Positions 1-13,197 of a stretch of 64,000 nt of DNA are shown piece after piece. Positions within the stretch are counted from its first letter, which is position 1. Every line of letters begins with the position of its first letter. Position numbers and translations under genes: made by a program. The stretch comes from Escherichia coli (GTDB taxonomy: Bacteria; Pseudomonadota; Gammaproteobacteria; Enterobacterales; Enterobacteriaceae): assembly GCF_030013595.1 (NCBI RefSeq), contig NZ_CP122768.1; one strand, written 5' to 3'. A model generated the notes under the pieces. It was not told the origin of the DNA. It did no database searches and saw only the letters and a program-made list of their open reading frames with translations.

Positions 1-104
1 TTATTCAGGGGATGTCGATCAGCGCACGCGAAGGTGCATCGCTGGAAAAACTGATGCAGATTGCCCGAACGACTTTGCGTTTATGGCCCGAACTGGTGAA
101 ATAA
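1..104 (+). CDS. comR: 3' end of a CDS running off the window start; context fits the TetR-family repressor ComR (YcfQ)
   Basis: One frame is open from nt 3 to TAA at 102-104 (...RLWPELVK*); followed by a hairpin terminator and convergent with ycfJ. Identity inferred from synteny only. Confidence 0.4.
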   Translation, partial: IQGMSISAREGASLEKLMQIARTTLRLWPELVK

Positions 105-111
105 GTCGCAA

Positions 112-150
112 AAAAAGCCCCTCAGCCTGAGCGAATGAGGGGCTAAATTG
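112..150. terminator. Bidirectional intrinsic terminator between comR and ycfJ
   Basis: A-run, then inverted repeat agcccctca...tgaggggct, between two convergent CDS. Confidence 0.5.
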
Positions 151-165
151 CAGAGTACAGCCTTG

Positions 166-705
166 TTATACTTTGTTATTCAAAATCAGTTGCCCGTTGC
201 TATCTAGCGGGATCTGCGTACCCGGATCGCGGTCCATGCGGATTTTGCCCTGCTGATCGCCAATCTTATAGGTCACATCATAACCGAGCATTTTTTCTGA
301 CTTGTCATACACCGTTTTACAACGCTGTTGCGTAGTCGTGTAAGTATCGCTTTCCTGGAGAGAGCCCTGGATCTGGTTACCGGCATAGCCACCTCCCAGC
401 GCCCCCACAACAGTGGCGACATCTTTACCGCGACCACCGCCAAACTGATGCCCTATCACGCCGCCAGCAACAGCGCCGAGCACCGACCCGGTAATGCGAT
501 TTTCATCCTGCACCGGTCGACGATGGGTCACTGTGACGTTGCGACACTCCTGACGCGGTGTTTTAACCGTTTCCTTGATTGGGGTTGCAGAAACAACCTG
601 AGCGTATTGCGGGCCACGTTCAAACACGTTCAGACTGGCCACTGCCGCTACGCCCAACGCAGCTGCGACACCAATCCCGATACCCGCCAACATTGATTTA
701 TTCAC
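166..705 (-). CDS. ycfJ: YcfJ, glycine-zipper (Rick 17 kDa antigen-like) membrane protein
   Basis: ORF 166..744 (-); Gly/Ala-rich N-terminus; start trimmed to GTG (VNKSML...) preceded by GGAGGTG RBS, giving 179 aa. Confidence 0.85.
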   Translation of the reverse strand: MNKSMLAGIGIGVAAALGVAAVASLNVFERGPQYAQVVSATPIKETVKTPRQECRNVTVTHRRPVQDENRITGSVLGAVAGGVIGHQFGGGRGKDVATVVGALGGGYAGNQIQGSLQESDTYTTTQQRCKTVYDKSEKMLGYDVTYKIGDQQGKIRMDRDPGTQIPLDSNGQLILNNKV

Positions 706-824
706 GGGAACACCTCCTTCTTTGCTGTTATGCCAATCATGCAAGCGAAGGAGAAAAGCAGCTATCAGACAGAAGATGAAAAGCGCGGGAATGGCTGGAA
801 ATACTTAGGGATTCGGAGGAGTCT

Positions 825-925
825 GAAGGAATGCCTGATGCGACGCTTAACGCGTCTTATCAGGCCTACCGCTCGTACCATTTGTCCAGGGCGGATGAAG
901 CGTTTATGCCCCATCCGCCAGTACA
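825..925. repeat. REP/BIME palindromic repeats (ycfJ-ndh intergenic)
   Basis: gcctgatgcgacgcttaacgcgtcttatcaggcctac and a second gcggatg...catccgc palindrome; classic REP signature. Confidence 0.7.
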
Positions 926-931
926 AGCCGA

Positions 932-2236
932 TTAATGCAACTTCAAACGTGGACGGATAACGCGGTTAATACTCCCCACCAGCATCATTAATCCGGTTTT
1001 AAAGTAACCATGCAGCGCAATCTGATGCATTCTGTACAGCGAGATGTATACAAAGCGCGCAATTCGTCCTTCAATCATCATTGAGCCGCGCGTCAGGTTA
1101 CCCATCAGGCTACCGACGGTGGAGAAGTTCGACAGCGATACCAGAGAACCGTGATCTTTATACTGATAATTTTTCAGCGGCTTACCATTCATCTGCGCCA
1201 GAATGTTGTTCATTGCGCAGGTTGCCATCTGGTGTGCGGCCTGCGCACGCGGCGGAACAAAGCCCCCTTCCGGACGCGGGCATGACGCGCAATCGCCAAT
1301 AGCGTAAATGTCTGGATCGCGAGTGGTTTGCAGCGTCGGTTCCACCACCAGCTGGTTGATACGGTTGGTTTCAAGACCACCGATATCTTTCAGGAAGTCT
1401 GGCGCTTTGATCCCGGCTGCCCACACCATCAGATCAGCCTCAATATATTCGCCATCTTTAGTATGCAGGCCGCCTTCATCAGCACTGGTGACCATGGTTT
1501 GCGTCAGCACGCGAACGCCAAGTTTCGTTAACTCATTATGGGCCGCAGCAGAGATACGTGGCGGTAATGCAGGCAAAATACGTTCGCCCGCTTCTACCAG
1601 CGTTACGTTCAGGGCTTCGTTGGTCAGACCTTTATAGCCGTAGCTGTGCAGTTGCTTGACCGCGTTGTGCAATTCAGCGGAGAGTTCTACACCCGTCGCG
1701 CCGCCACCGACAATCGCAATGTTCACTTTGCCATTCGCGCCCAGGTTGGCGGAGTATTTCAGGAACAGATTCAGCATCTCCTGGTGGAAGCGACGCGCCT
1801 GGTGCGGGTTATCGAGGAAAATGCAGTTCTCTTTGACACCTGGTGTATTGAAATCGTTAGAGGTGCTACCCAGCGCCATTACCAGGGTGTCATAGGCGAT
1901 TTTACGTTCCGGAACCAGCAATTCACCTTTTTCGTCGCGCAGTTCTGCAATAGTGATTGTTTTCGCTTCACGATCAATATCAATGACGGAACCCAGCTGG
2001 AACTGGAAACCATGATTACGCGCATGGGCCAGATAGCTCAACGCATCAACGCCTTCATCAAGCGAGCCAGTCGCCACTTCGTGCAGCAGCGGTTTCCACA
2101 GGTGGCTGTGGTTACGATCGACCAGCGTGATTTTGGCTTTTTTCTTGCGTCCCAGCTTATGCCCCAGCTGTGTTGCCATTTCCAGCCCACCAGCACCGCC
2201 GCCGACAATCACAATTTTTTTCAATGGCGTAGTCAA
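932..2236 (-). CDS. ndh: NADH:quinone oxidoreductase II (NDH-2)
   Basis: ORF 932..2263 (-); FAD/NAD Rossmann motif [10 protein letters not shown]; start trimmed to in-frame TTG (MTTPLKK...) giving 434 aa. Confidence 0.9.
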
Positions 2237-2420
2237 CGTGACCCCCTTAAATTTATTAACCAATTGTTAATTAATGGTTGTTAACATAGCTCTTAATTAA
2301 CAACAGGTTACAGCAATGAAAATGTTCTTCGCTATTGAGAATAACATGAATGGTGCATTGGTCATACCAAAATTGATGTTAATCAAGTTTTGTTGCTGAA
2401 AAGATAGGCGACTTTACCGG
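2237..2420 (-). promoter_or_regulatory. ndh promoter / upstream regulatory region
   Basis: AT-rich region with several TTAAT-type half-palindromes directly upstream of ndh; specific operator sites not resolved by eye. Confidence 0.3.
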
Positions 2421-2504
2421 GCGAGATCAAAAAACAGAGTTTGTTGTTTATTATTTGAGCTAATTTATGAGAGTGGTATAGCGTGAGGGGTGTATGGAGG
2501 ACGT

Positions 2505-2632
<128 letters not shown>

Positions 2633-2635
2633 CAT

Positions 2636-3178
2636 TTACCCGAGGGTTTTGAACGCTTTAATGCGCTGCAAATGCGGGGAGATATTCTTGAATTTGTGCG
2701 TCTGCTCTTCGTCCCAGACAATCTCGTAATAATGATGCAGCTCTTCAGATGTCCGCTGGCTGTTAAGCGCTTCATCATTACGCGACAAAATCACCAGGCA
2801 ACGATCGCGATTCTTCTCACGGAAGTTGGTCACACACTTAGTGGCAATATCGGCATACTCTTCCGGGCGATCAATCTTGCCTTCCATGTTCTCATAAGGG
2901 AACAAATTAGGGTTGAAGATCACCTGGCGGATATCGCAAAGAAAACCAATCCGTTCCGCCCAGTATCCGCCCAGACCAACGCCGCAAATCAGCGGACGCT
3001 CGTCGACGTTCAGTTGCAACATTTTGTCCACTTCTTTGAGCAGATGCTGCATATCATGTTTCGGATGCCGCGTACTGTAGCTTATCAAGCGTACATCCGG
3101 GTCAATAAACTGCAATTGTAAGACTTTCTCGTGGTTACCCGGACTGTTAGAGTCAAAACCGTGTAAATAGATAATCAT
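2636..3178 (-). CDS. ycfP: YcfP, alpha/beta-hydrolase (esterase-like) protein
   Basis: ORF 2636..3235 (-); start trimmed to [10 protein letters not shown]... (180 aa) with GAGGAAG RBS. Confidence 0.9.
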
Positions 3179-3200
3179 CGCTTCCTCACATAAGCCAGGG

Positions 3201-5041
<1,841 letters not shown>

Positions 5042-5061
<20 letters not shown>

Positions 5062-5683
5062 CTTTACCTGACCAGATAATTTCGCCCGTCTGCACCAGCA
5101 TTAGCTGCATTTGTAGGGTCGGAGCGTTAACGTTGCCAGAGGCACTGGAGTATAGTACGTAATGAGCGCCGACATTGCGGGCAATGCCTATGGCTTTACT
5201 ACGGGTGCCTAAACTGTCCTGCGGCGACAAACCTAACTGTTGCTTTGCCATCGACAGCTGCTGGGCGGAAACCAGGGTAAATTTACCGTTATTAGCCAGC
5301 GCATTTCGCAGCGTTTCGGTCGCTTCTGCGGCATTCAGCGAACCGTTAGTACGGTTGTTAACGCTATCAACCAGCAGGACGCTACCCGCAGTCACGCCGT
5401 CAGCCCCAAGCATCTTACTGACCATCGGCTGCATTGCACCATTCCAGTCATAATGGCGAATATGCGGCGCAGGCGGTGCAGTTTGATCTTCGTGCTCAAT
5501 TGGGCCTGGCTGCTGCGGGATCGTCGGCACCGAGGGCACTGTGGGGACAGGCTGTTGTGGCTCGGCTGGTTGTTCCGGCGCTGGTTTCACTTCTTCTACC
5601 GGTGCAGGTTCACGTTGCCCCACACACCCGGCGAGAAACATCGCCAGCGCGGTAATCAAGGCGTAGCGACTCATTTTTGTCAT
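5042..5683 (-). CDS. lpoB: LpoB, outer-membrane lipoprotein activator of PBP1B
   Basis: ORF 5042..5686 (-); lipobox LAGC; Pro/Gln-rich linker; start at second Met gives 213 aa; 3' end overlaps thiK start. Confidence 0.9.
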
Positions 5684-5696
5684 CAAGATTCACCCC

Positions 5697-6074
5697 TTAC
5701 AAATATAGATAAAGTCTGACTTTGTGCGCCCCCAGAAAATTGGCGCTGCCGTACAGCGTTACCGCCGAATGTGCGGGAATGGTAACGCTGCGTGGCCTTT
5801 CCAGAGGATGCATCTCCAGCCCTCTGGCGTCATACCAGTAAAAACGATAATGAACGGTAACGGGTTCTTGCCTTTCGTTATAAAGCGTTGAGGATGCTGA
5901 AGGTTGAATATCAGACGTCGAAAGGACGGGCTTTTCTGCACTGATGCCCGCAGCCAATAAAGATGACTCCATCACCAGCGATTGCTCATCATTCACCGGA
6001 ATTTCCGGATGTGTACGACAGCCCACCAGCACTAACAACGCCAGAGACACCAGCCCAAAGCATCCTTTTCTCAT
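5697..6074 (-). CDS. ycfL: YcfL lipoprotein
   Basis: ORF 5697..6074 (-), 125 aa; signal peptide with lipobox LVGC. Confidence 0.85.
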   Translation of the reverse strand: MRKGCFGLVSLALLVLVGCRTHPEIPVNDEQSLVMESSLLAAGISAEKPVLSTSDIQPSASSTLYNERQEPVTVHYRFYWYDARGLEMHPLERPRSVTIPAHSAVTLYGSANFLGAHKVRLYLYL

Positions 6075-6076
6075 CG

Positions 6077-6436
6077 TTACAGACCTTTATGCGCCAGCAT
6101 TGGTCCCAGCGGACGGCCACCCAACAAGTGCATATGGATGTGGTAAACCTCTTGCCCGCCGTGGCGGTTGGTGTTCATGATCAGACGATAGCCATCTTCG
6201 GCAATACCTTCTTGCTCAGCAATTTTTGCCGCTACGGTGATCATGCGTCCCAGCGCCTGCTCATGCTCAGCAGACACGTCGTTCACAGTTGGAATGAGGA
6301 TATTTGGAATGATCAGAATATGCGTTGGCGCTTGCGGCGAAATATCGCGAAACGCCGTTACCAGATCATCCTGGTAGACGATATCGGAGGGGATCTCACG
6401 ACGAATAATTTTGCTAAATATAGTTTCTTCTGCCAC
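6077..6436 (-). CDS. hinT: HinT, HIT-family purine nucleoside phosphoramidase
   Basis: ORF 6077..6454 (-); HIT motif HIHMHLL; start trimmed to GTG (MAEETIFSK...) giving 119 aa. Confidence 0.9.
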   Translation of the reverse strand: MAEETIFSKIIRREIPSDIVYQDDLVTAFRDISPQAPTHILIIPNILIPTVNDVSAEHEQALGRMITVAAKIAEQEGIAEDGYRLIMNTNRHGGQEVYHIHMHLLGGRPLGPMLAHKGL

Positions 6437-6599
6437 GACATTTTCCTTTTTCAAATAGCCATGCGTTGCGCCATGCTACGCCGCGCCACACTGCGAGTAT
6501 AGAGTATGGTCGAGTTAAACCTGCTCTTTCAACCTTAACTCACGATTTCTTAAGCAAAAAATCGTTTTGCTGCCGTATATATCGCCATTATTCCCATTT

Positions 6600-6769
6600 C
6601 TGCCTGCGAATGCGCTGAAAAGACATTCTCTGTTTGGTTTACACGCCAAACATGAATGCGTACATTTCTCATTTGCATTTACATACAAAATTATTCGCAC
6701 ACTAAATATAACCGCTCATCACCCTCCTCCGGCATGAGCCTGACGACAACATAAACCAAGAGATTTCAA
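6600..6769 (+). promoter_or_regulatory. fhuE promoter region (probably Fur-regulated)
   Basis: AT-rich region upstream of a TonB-dependent siderophore receptor; I could not confidently pick out a Fur box by eye. Confidence 0.3.
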
Positions 6770-8959
6770 ATGCTTTCAACACAATTTAACAGGGATAATC
6801 AATATCAAGCCATCACCAAACCGTCACTGCTTGCCGGTTGCATTGTACTGGCACTATTACCTTCTGCCGCTTTTGCTGCACCAGCCACTGAAGAAACGGT
6901 GATTGTTGAGGGTTCAGCCACAGCTCCAGATGATGGCGAAAATGATTACAGCGTAACGTCTACCTCTGCAGGTACCAAAATGCAGATGACTCAACGTGAT
7001 ATTCCTCAGTCGGTCACTATTGTTAGCCAGCAGCGGATGGAAGATCAGCAGTTACAAACGCTGGGCGAGGTGATGGAAAACACGCTGGGGATCAGCAAAA
7101 GTCAGGCGGATTCCGATCGTGCTCTTTATTATTCCCGCGGATTCCAGATCGATAACTATATGGTTGATGGTATCCCCACCTATTTTGAATCGCGCTGGAA
7201 TCTGGGCGACGCACTTTCTGATATGGCACTGTTTGAACGCGTAGAAGTTGTGCGTGGCGCGACAGGCCTCATGACCGGGACGGGTAATCCATCTGCGGCA
7301 ATTAATATGGTTCGAAAACACGCGACCAGTCGTGAATTTAAAGGCGATGTCTCGGCGGAATACGGTAGCTGGAACAAAGAACGGTATGTGGCGGATTTAC
7401 AAAGCCCACTCACCGAAGATGGTAAAATCCGCGCACGAATTGTCGGCGGCTACCAGAATAACGACTCATGGCTGGACCGCTACAACAGTGAAAAGACCTT
7501 CTTCTCCGGCATTGTCGATGCTGATTTAGGCGATCTTACGATGCTTTCAGCCGGTTACGAATATCAGCGTATTGATGTTAATAGCCCAACCTGGGGCGGT
7601 TTACCGCGCTGGAATACTGATGGCAGCAGCAACAGTTACGATCGCGCACGCAGTACCGCACCTGACTGGGCGTACAACGATAAAGAGATCAACAAGGTCT
7701 TTATGACCCTGAAGCAGCGGTTTGCTGATACCTGGCAAGCGACACTGAATGCCACCCACTCCGAAGTCGAATTTGACAGCAAAATGATGTATGTCGATGC
7801 CTATGTAAGTAAAGCGGATGGTATGCTGGTTGGGCCATACAGTAATTATGGACCTGGCTTTGATTATGTCGGCGGCACCGGTTGGAACAGCGGCAAACGT
7901 AAAGTTGATGCGCTGGATTTGTTCGCTGACGGTAGTTATGAATTGTTTGGTCGTCAGCACAATCTAATGTTTGGTGGCAGTTACAGCAAACAAAACAATC
8001 GTTACTTCAGTTCATGGGCCAACATCTTCCCGGATGAAATTGGCAGTTTCTACAACTTTAATGGCAATTTCCCACAAACCGACTGGTCACCACAGAGTCT
8101 GGCGCAGGACGATACCACACATATGAAATCGTTATATGCTGCCACTCGAGTCACCCTTGCCGATCCGCTGCATCTGATCCTCGGCGCACGTTATACCAAC
8201 TGGCGGGTTGATACGCTGACTTACAGCATGGAGAAAAACCACACCACGCCTTATGCTGGTTTGGTATTTGACATCAATGACAACTGGTCGACCTACGCCA
8301 GCTATACCTCTATTTTCCAGCCGCAAAATGATCGTGACAGTTCAGGCAAATATCTGGCTCCAATCACCGGTAACAACTACGAGCTGGGTCTGAAATCGGA
8401 CTGGATGAATAGCCGTCTGACCACCACGTTAGCCATCTTCCGTATTGAGCAGGATAATGTCGCTCAGTCCACCGGTACACCTATCCCCGGCAGCAACGGC
8501 GAAACCGCCTATAAAGCGGTGGATGGGACAGTCAGTAAAGGTGTGGAATTTGAACTCAACGGCGCAATTACCGACAACTGGCAGCTGACGTTTGGCGCAA
8601 CGCGCTATATTGCAGAGGATAACGAAGGAAACGCCGTTAATCCTAATCTGCCACGCACCACGGTTAAAATGTTCACCAGCTACCGGTTGCCTGTCATGCC
8701 AGAGTTGACGGTCGGCGGTGGTGTTAACTGGCAAAATCGCGTGTATACCGACACCGTGACACCGTATGACACCTTCCGCGCCGAGCAAGGTAGCTACGCG
8801 CTGGTGGATCTCTTCACCCGCTACCAGGTGACGAAAAACTTCTCGTTACAGGGGAACGTCAATAACCTGTTCGACAAAACCTACGATACCAACGTGGAAG
8901 GTTCTATCGTCTACGGCGCACCGCGTAATTTCAGCATTACCGGCACGTATCAATTCTGA
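6770..8959 (+). CDS. fhuE: TonB-dependent outer-membrane receptor for coprogen/ferrioxamine/rhodotorulic acid
   Basis: ORF 6770..8959 (+), 729 aa; signal peptide, TonB box region, C-terminal aromatic residue. Confidence 0.95.
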   Translation: MLSTQFNRDNQYQAITKPSLLAGCIVLALLPSAAFAAPATEETVIVEGSATAPDDGENDYSVTSTSAGTKMQMTQRDIPQSVTIVSQQRMEDQQLQTLGEVMENTLGISKSQADSDRALYYSRGFQIDNYMVDGIPTYFESRWNLGDALSDMALFERVEVVRGATGLMTGTGNPSAAINMVRKHATSREFKGDVSAEYGSWNKERYVADLQSPLTEDGKIRARIVGGYQNNDSWLDRYNSEKTFFSGIVDADLGDLTMLSAGYEYQRIDVNSPTWGGLPRWNTDGSSNSYDRARSTAPDWAYNDKEINKVFMTLKQRFADTWQATLNATHSEVEFDSKMMYVDAYVSKADGMLVGPYSNYGPGFDYVGGTGWNSGKRKVDALDLFADGSYELFGRQHNLMFGGSYSKQNNRYFSSWANIFPDEIGSFYNFNGNFPQTDWSPQSLAQDDTTHMKSLYAATRVTLADPLHLILGARYTNWRVDTLTYSMEKNHTTPYAGLVFDINDNWSTYASYTSIFQPQNDRDSSGKYLAPITGNNYELGLKSDWMNSRLTTTLAIFRIEQDNVAQSTGTPIPGSNGETAYKAVDGTVSKGVEFELNGAITDNWQLTFGATRYIAEDNEGNAVNPNLPRTTVKMFTSYRLPVMPELTVGGGVNWQNRVYTDTVTPYDTFRAEQGSYALVDLFTRYQVTKNFSLQGNVNNLFDKTYDTNVEGSIVYGAPRNFSITGTYQF

Positions 8960-8967
8960 ATAACACC

Positions 8968-8998
8968 TGTAAAAAAGGCAGCCATCCGGCTGCCTTAG
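8968..8998. terminator. Bidirectional intrinsic terminator shared by convergent fhuE and ptsG
   Basis: aaaaaaggcagcc-atccgg-ggctgcctt inverted repeat flanked by A/T runs. Confidence 0.6.
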
Positions 8999-9018
8999 TC
9001 TCCCCAACGTCTTACGGA

Positions 9019-10452
9019 TTAGTGGTTACGGATGTACTCATCCATCTCGGTTTTCAGGTTATCGGATTTAGTACCGAAAATCGCCTGAACACCAGAACCA
9101 GCAACCACTACGCCCGCTGCGCCCAGTTTCTTCAGGCCAGCCTGATCCACTTTAGACACATCAGCAACGCTGACGCGCAGACGGGTAATACATGCGTCGA
9201 GGTTAGTAATGTTTTCTTTACCACCAAATGCAGCAACCAGAGCCGGTGCCATTTCGCTGGTACCTGTCGCTTTTGCATCTTCAGTCGCATCTTCACGACC
9301 CGGCGTTTTCAGATCCAGTGCTTTAATCAGCACGCGGAAGATGGTGTAGTAAACAATCGCATAACCGATACCGACGATCGGGAACAGCCACAGTTTGCTG
9401 CTGTTACCAGACAGAACGATGAAGTCGATCAGACCGTGCGAGAACGACGTACCGTCACGCATCCCCAGAAGAATACAGATTGGGAATGCCAGGCCTGCCA
9501 GAATCGCGTGGATGATGTACAGGATCGGCGCAACGAACATGAAGGAGAACTCGATCGGCTCGGTGATACCGGTCAGGAACGAGGTCAGCGCCGCGGAGAT
9601 CATAATACCGCCCACTTTCGCGCGGTTTTCTGGTTTAGCAGAGTGCCAGATAGCAATTGCGGCAGCTGGCAGACCGTACATTTTGAACAGGAAGCCACCA
9701 GACAGTTTACCCGCAGTCGGGTCACCCGCCATATAACGCGGAATGTCGCCGTGGAAAACCTGACCTGCTGCGTTGGTGTATTCACCAATTTGCATCTGGA
9801 AAGGTACGTTCCAGATGTGGTGCAGACCAAACGGTACCAGGCAACGTTCGATGAAACCGTAAATGCCAAACGCAACTACCGGGTTCTGGTAAGCAGCCCA
9901 CTGAGAGAAGGTCTGGATTGCAGAACCAATAGGCGGCCAAATGAAGGACAGCACAACGCCAGTAAAGATGGCAGCCAGGCCTGAAATGATCGGCACAAAG
10001 CGTTTACCGGCAAAGAAGCCAAGATACTCAGGCAGCTTAATACGGTAGAAACGGTTAAACATGTACGCTGCGATCGCACCGGAGATTATCCCCCCGAGTA
10101 CGCCAGTATCCGCCAGGTGTTTAGAGGCGATTTCTTCAGCAGGTAAATGCAGTACCAGTGGCGCAACCACGGCCATGGTTTTAACCATGATGCCATAGGC
10201 AACAACTGCGGCCAGCGCGGATACGCCATCGTTATTGGTAAAGCCGAGGGCGACACCGATCGCAAAAATCAGTGGCATGTTTGCAAAGACGGAACCGCCT
10301 GCTTCTGCCATAACATGCGATACAACGGCGGGCAGCCAGCTGAAATTCGCGGAACCGACGCCCAGCAGAATACCTGCGATAGGCAGTACGGATACCGGCA
10401 GCATCAGCGATTTACCGACCTTTTGCAGGTTAGCAAATGCATTCTTAAACAT
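9019..10452 (-). CDS. ptsG: PTS glucose-specific EIICB component
   Basis: ORF 9019..10452 (-), 477 aa; N-terminal [14 protein letters not shown]; EIIC membrane domain plus EIIB. Confidence 0.95.
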
Positions 10453-10600
10453 AATTGAGAGTGCTCCTGAGTATGGGTGCTTTTTTTACGTTCTCACGCG
10501 TGGCAAGGGGGGAGAGCCTCGCCGTGTACAGGGCATCTAAGCGCCCTTTATTTATTACACAGAGTAAAATAATTCAGTGCCGATTTGTTTGACGGCTATC
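10453..10600 (-). promoter_or_regulatory. ptsG 5' UTR and promoter region
   Basis: Region directly upstream of ptsG. In K-12 this carries the SgrS sRNA pairing site at the RBS and Mlc/CRP sites; individual sites not verified here. Confidence 0.4.
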
Positions 10601-10746
10601 ACGTTTCAACTTCAGATCATTGGAGAAGTTGCACATTTTGACAAAACATATGTCACAATATTTCAAACGTGGTTATTCACCGCCCAATTTTTGGCGGTGA
10701 ACTTTACTCGTTTTAGCCATTAATTACGAGCTTTAAAAAAACTCAT

Positions 10747-11544
10747 TCAACGGATGGATTGAAGGCGGGAAGCGTCGATGTGAAACAGACGGGCGAAGTT
10801 ATCGGTGGTTACCTGCGCCAGTTCTTCAACGGCAACACCTTTCAACACAGCCATGTTTTCTGCAACGTCACGAACCATCGCAGGTTGATTCTCTTTTCCT
10901 CGATGCGGAACCGGTGCAAGGTAAGGTGAGTCAGTTTCTACCAGTAACCGATCCAGGGGGACATAACGCGCGGCATCGCGCAGTTGCTCCGCATTACGGA
11001 AGGTCACAATGCCGGAAAAGGAGATGTAAAATCCGAGATCCAGTAATTTTCCCGCCGTTTCTCTGTCCTCTGTAAAACAGTGTAGTACGCCACCGCAATC
11101 CGTCACTTTTTCTTCGCGCAGAATTGCCAGCGTATCGGCGCGGGCGTCACGGGTGTGGACGATAACCGGCTTGTTCAGTTCACGACCAATCTGGATATGA
11201 TGGATGAAGGACTCTTGCTGCCGTACTTTAGTTTCCGGCGTGTAATAATAATCCAACCCGGTTTCACCCAGCGCAACAACGCCCTCTTCTGCCGCCAGAC
11301 GGCGTAAATCTTCTACATCGTAGGGATCATTCTGGTTGAGTGGATGCACGCCACAAGAAAATACGACGTTGTCACGTTCGCCTACCAGATCCCGCATGTG
11401 TAAATAACCCGGTAATGTTGTGGCGACTGCCAGACAAAATTTCACATCGCGTGCGGCGGCTTTCGCCAGAACGTCATCCACGTCCTTATGCAAAGATTCA
11501 TAATCCAGTCCATCGAGATGGCAGTGTGAGTCGACTAAAAACAT
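10747..11544 (-). CDS. ycfH: TatD-family metal-dependent deoxyribonuclease YcfH
   Basis: ORF 10747..11604 (-); start trimmed to MFLVDSHCHLD... (265 aa). Confidence 0.9.
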   Translation of the reverse strand: MFLVDSHCHLDGLDYESLHKDVDDVLAKAAARDVKFCLAVATTLPGYLHMRDLVGERDNVVFSCGVHPLNQNDPYDVEDLRRLAAEEGVVALGETGLDYYYTPETKVRQQESFIHHIQIGRELNKPVIVHTRDARADTLAILREEKVTDCGGVLHCFTEDRETAGKLLDLGFYISFSGIVTFRNAEQLRDAARYVPLDRLLVETDSPYLAPVPHRGKENQPAMVRDVAENMAVLKGVAVEELAQVTTDNFARLFHIDASRLQSIR

Positions 11545-11554
11545 GATGTCTCTC

Positions 11555-12559
11555 TTAAAGATGAGGAACCGGTAGCACAACGCCCGGTTGCAGGTAATGC
11601 TCAATACGCAGTAAAAGATCGGTGATGAGAAGCTCGCGGTTGATGCCTGTGACAGACATTAACTGTTCACGAATGTGGCAAACATCCCCCAGTATAGCCT
11701 GCAGGCGCGAGGGAGAAAGATGATTTGCCAGTTCGACGACCAGGCCCGGCACATCAACATTGGTCACCTGCGCAGCGCCATGATGGCGTTTTAGCGCATC
11801 CATCAGCAACGTTGCCAGCCAGTGTAAACGCGCCGGAGCTTGTTCATGATTAAGGGCCGCTAGCAGCGAATACCAGTCGCCCGATTGCACGCTATATGCC
11901 AGCGCCTGACACAATGTTTCACGAGCCTGCCAGTTATCTCCCTGAAACAACGCCAGTGCCGCCCCAGGCGAACCGGCGCTTAAGCGCAATGCGGCAAGTA
12001 GTGCATCCTGTGACATTGTCACTTCGCGTGAAAGCCAGGTCACGGCGTACTGTTCCGGCGGCGGCGCAAGGTAATGTAACCGACAACGACTACGTAATGT
12101 TGCCAGTAAACGTTCAGGCTCGCGGGTAGCCAGGAAAAACCAGGTTTCTGCTGGTGGCTCTTCAAGCGTTTTCAGCAATGCGTTAGCCGCGGCGTCAGTC
12201 AGTAAGGCAGCATCGGTTACCCAGACAACTTTCGCACCACCTAAGCGTGCGTGCTCATTTAACTTTTCGGTGACTTCACGTACCGCATCAATGCCCAGCG
12301 CATTTTTCCCTTTTTCGGGAGCCAGGGTGTAATAATCGGGATGCGTGCCAGCCTGCATCAACTGACATCCACGACAGTGACCGCAACTTTTGTGGCCCTG
12401 CGGTTGTTGGCAGAGTAAATAACGGCTCAGGGCGTAGATTAAAGCATCATCGCCCATGCCCGGTAACGCCTGAATGAGTAGCGCATGGTGACCTCTTCCG
12501 GCCTGATAGCTGGCTACCAGTTTTTCGAAATCAGGTCGTAACCATGGATACCATCTCAT
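11555..12559 (-). CDS. holB: DNA polymerase III delta' subunit
   Basis: ORF 11555..12559 (-), 334 aa; clamp-loader AAA+ fold with zinc-module cysteines (CGHCRGC). Confidence 0.95.
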   Translation of the reverse strand: MRWYPWLRPDFEKLVASYQAGRGHHALLIQALPGMGDDALIYALSRYLLCQQPQGHKSCGHCRGCQLMQAGTHPDYYTLAPEKGKNALGIDAVREVTEKLNEHARLGGAKVVWVTDAALLTDAAANALLKTLEEPPAETWFFLATREPERLLATLRSRCRLHYLAPPPEQYAVTWLSREVTMSQDALLAALRLSAGSPGAALALFQGDNWQARETLCQALAYSVQSGDWYSLLAALNHEQAPARLHWLATLLMDALKRHHGAAQVTNVDVPGLVVELANHLSPSRLQAILGDVCHIREQLMSVTGINRELLITDLLLRIEHYLQPGVVLPVPHL

Positions 12560-13197
12560 GCGTCCAACTCCTTCACCCAGTTGGTCACGGTAGTGCGGAT
12601 TGCATCCATCACGGCCTCCAGCGGCTGGGTGGCATCAATGGTATGAATGCTTTTATCTTGTGCTGCCAGTTCCAGATAGCGGGCGCGGGTGCGATTAAAG
12701 AAATCGAAAGACTCTTGCTCAATACGATCCAGCTCGCCGCGCGCACGCGCGCGTTTTAAGCCAACCTCCGGGGTAACATCGAGATAGAGCGTTAAGTCGG
12801 GGCGAAAATCCCCGAGAACAGCATCACGCAGTGTTGCCAGCATATGTTGGTCAATACCACGTCCTCCACCCTGATAGGCTTGAGTGGAGAGATCGTGGCG
12901 ATCGCCAATCACCCAGGTGCCGTTAGCCAGCGCAGGTTTGATGACCGTTTCTACCAGTTGAACGCGCGCGGCATAAAACATCAGAACTTCGGCTTTATCG
13001 GTAATGACTTCATCGCCTACCGATTTGATATCCAGCACCAGGCTTCTTAACTTTTCGGCAAGTTGCGTACCGCCAGGTTCCCGAGTGAAAACCATGTCGC
13101 GGATACCCAGTTGCTCGAGCGTCTCAACCACCACGTTACGCGCGGTAGTTTTGCCTGCGCCTTCCAGCCCCTCAATGACGATATACTTACTGCGCAT
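12556..13197 (-). CDS. tmk: Thymidylate kinase
   Basis: ORF 12556..13197 (-), 213 aa; P-loop [11 protein letters not shown]; 4-nt overlap with holB start. Confidence 0.95.
   Translation of the reverse strand: MRSKYIVIEGLEGAGKTTARNVVVETLEQLGIRDMVFTREPGGTQLAEKLRSLVLDIKSVGDEVITDKAEVLMFYAARVQLVETVIKPALANGTWVIGDRHDLSTQAYQGGGRGIDQHMLATLRDAVLGDFRPDLTLYLDVTPEVGLKRARARGELDRIEQESFDFFNRTRARYLELAAQDKSIHTIDATQPLEAVMDAIRTTVTNWVKELDA

Noticed and set aside
9022-9984. 320-aa plus-strand ORF antisense to ptsG, and similar long antisense ORFs inside ndh (1646..2284), fabD (18078..18959), opgH (56729..57301) and IS4 (54958..55425).
   Set aside because: Each lies entirely within a confidently identified gene on the other strand, has no recognisable protein features and a skewed composition; these are shadow ORFs.
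10679-10700. Hairpin caccgcccaatttttggcggtg between ycfH and ptsG considered as an intrinsic terminator.
   Set aside because: There is no convincing T-run on the strand where it would terminate ycfH; it may be a regulatory or structural element of the ptsG upstream region, but I cannot assign it.
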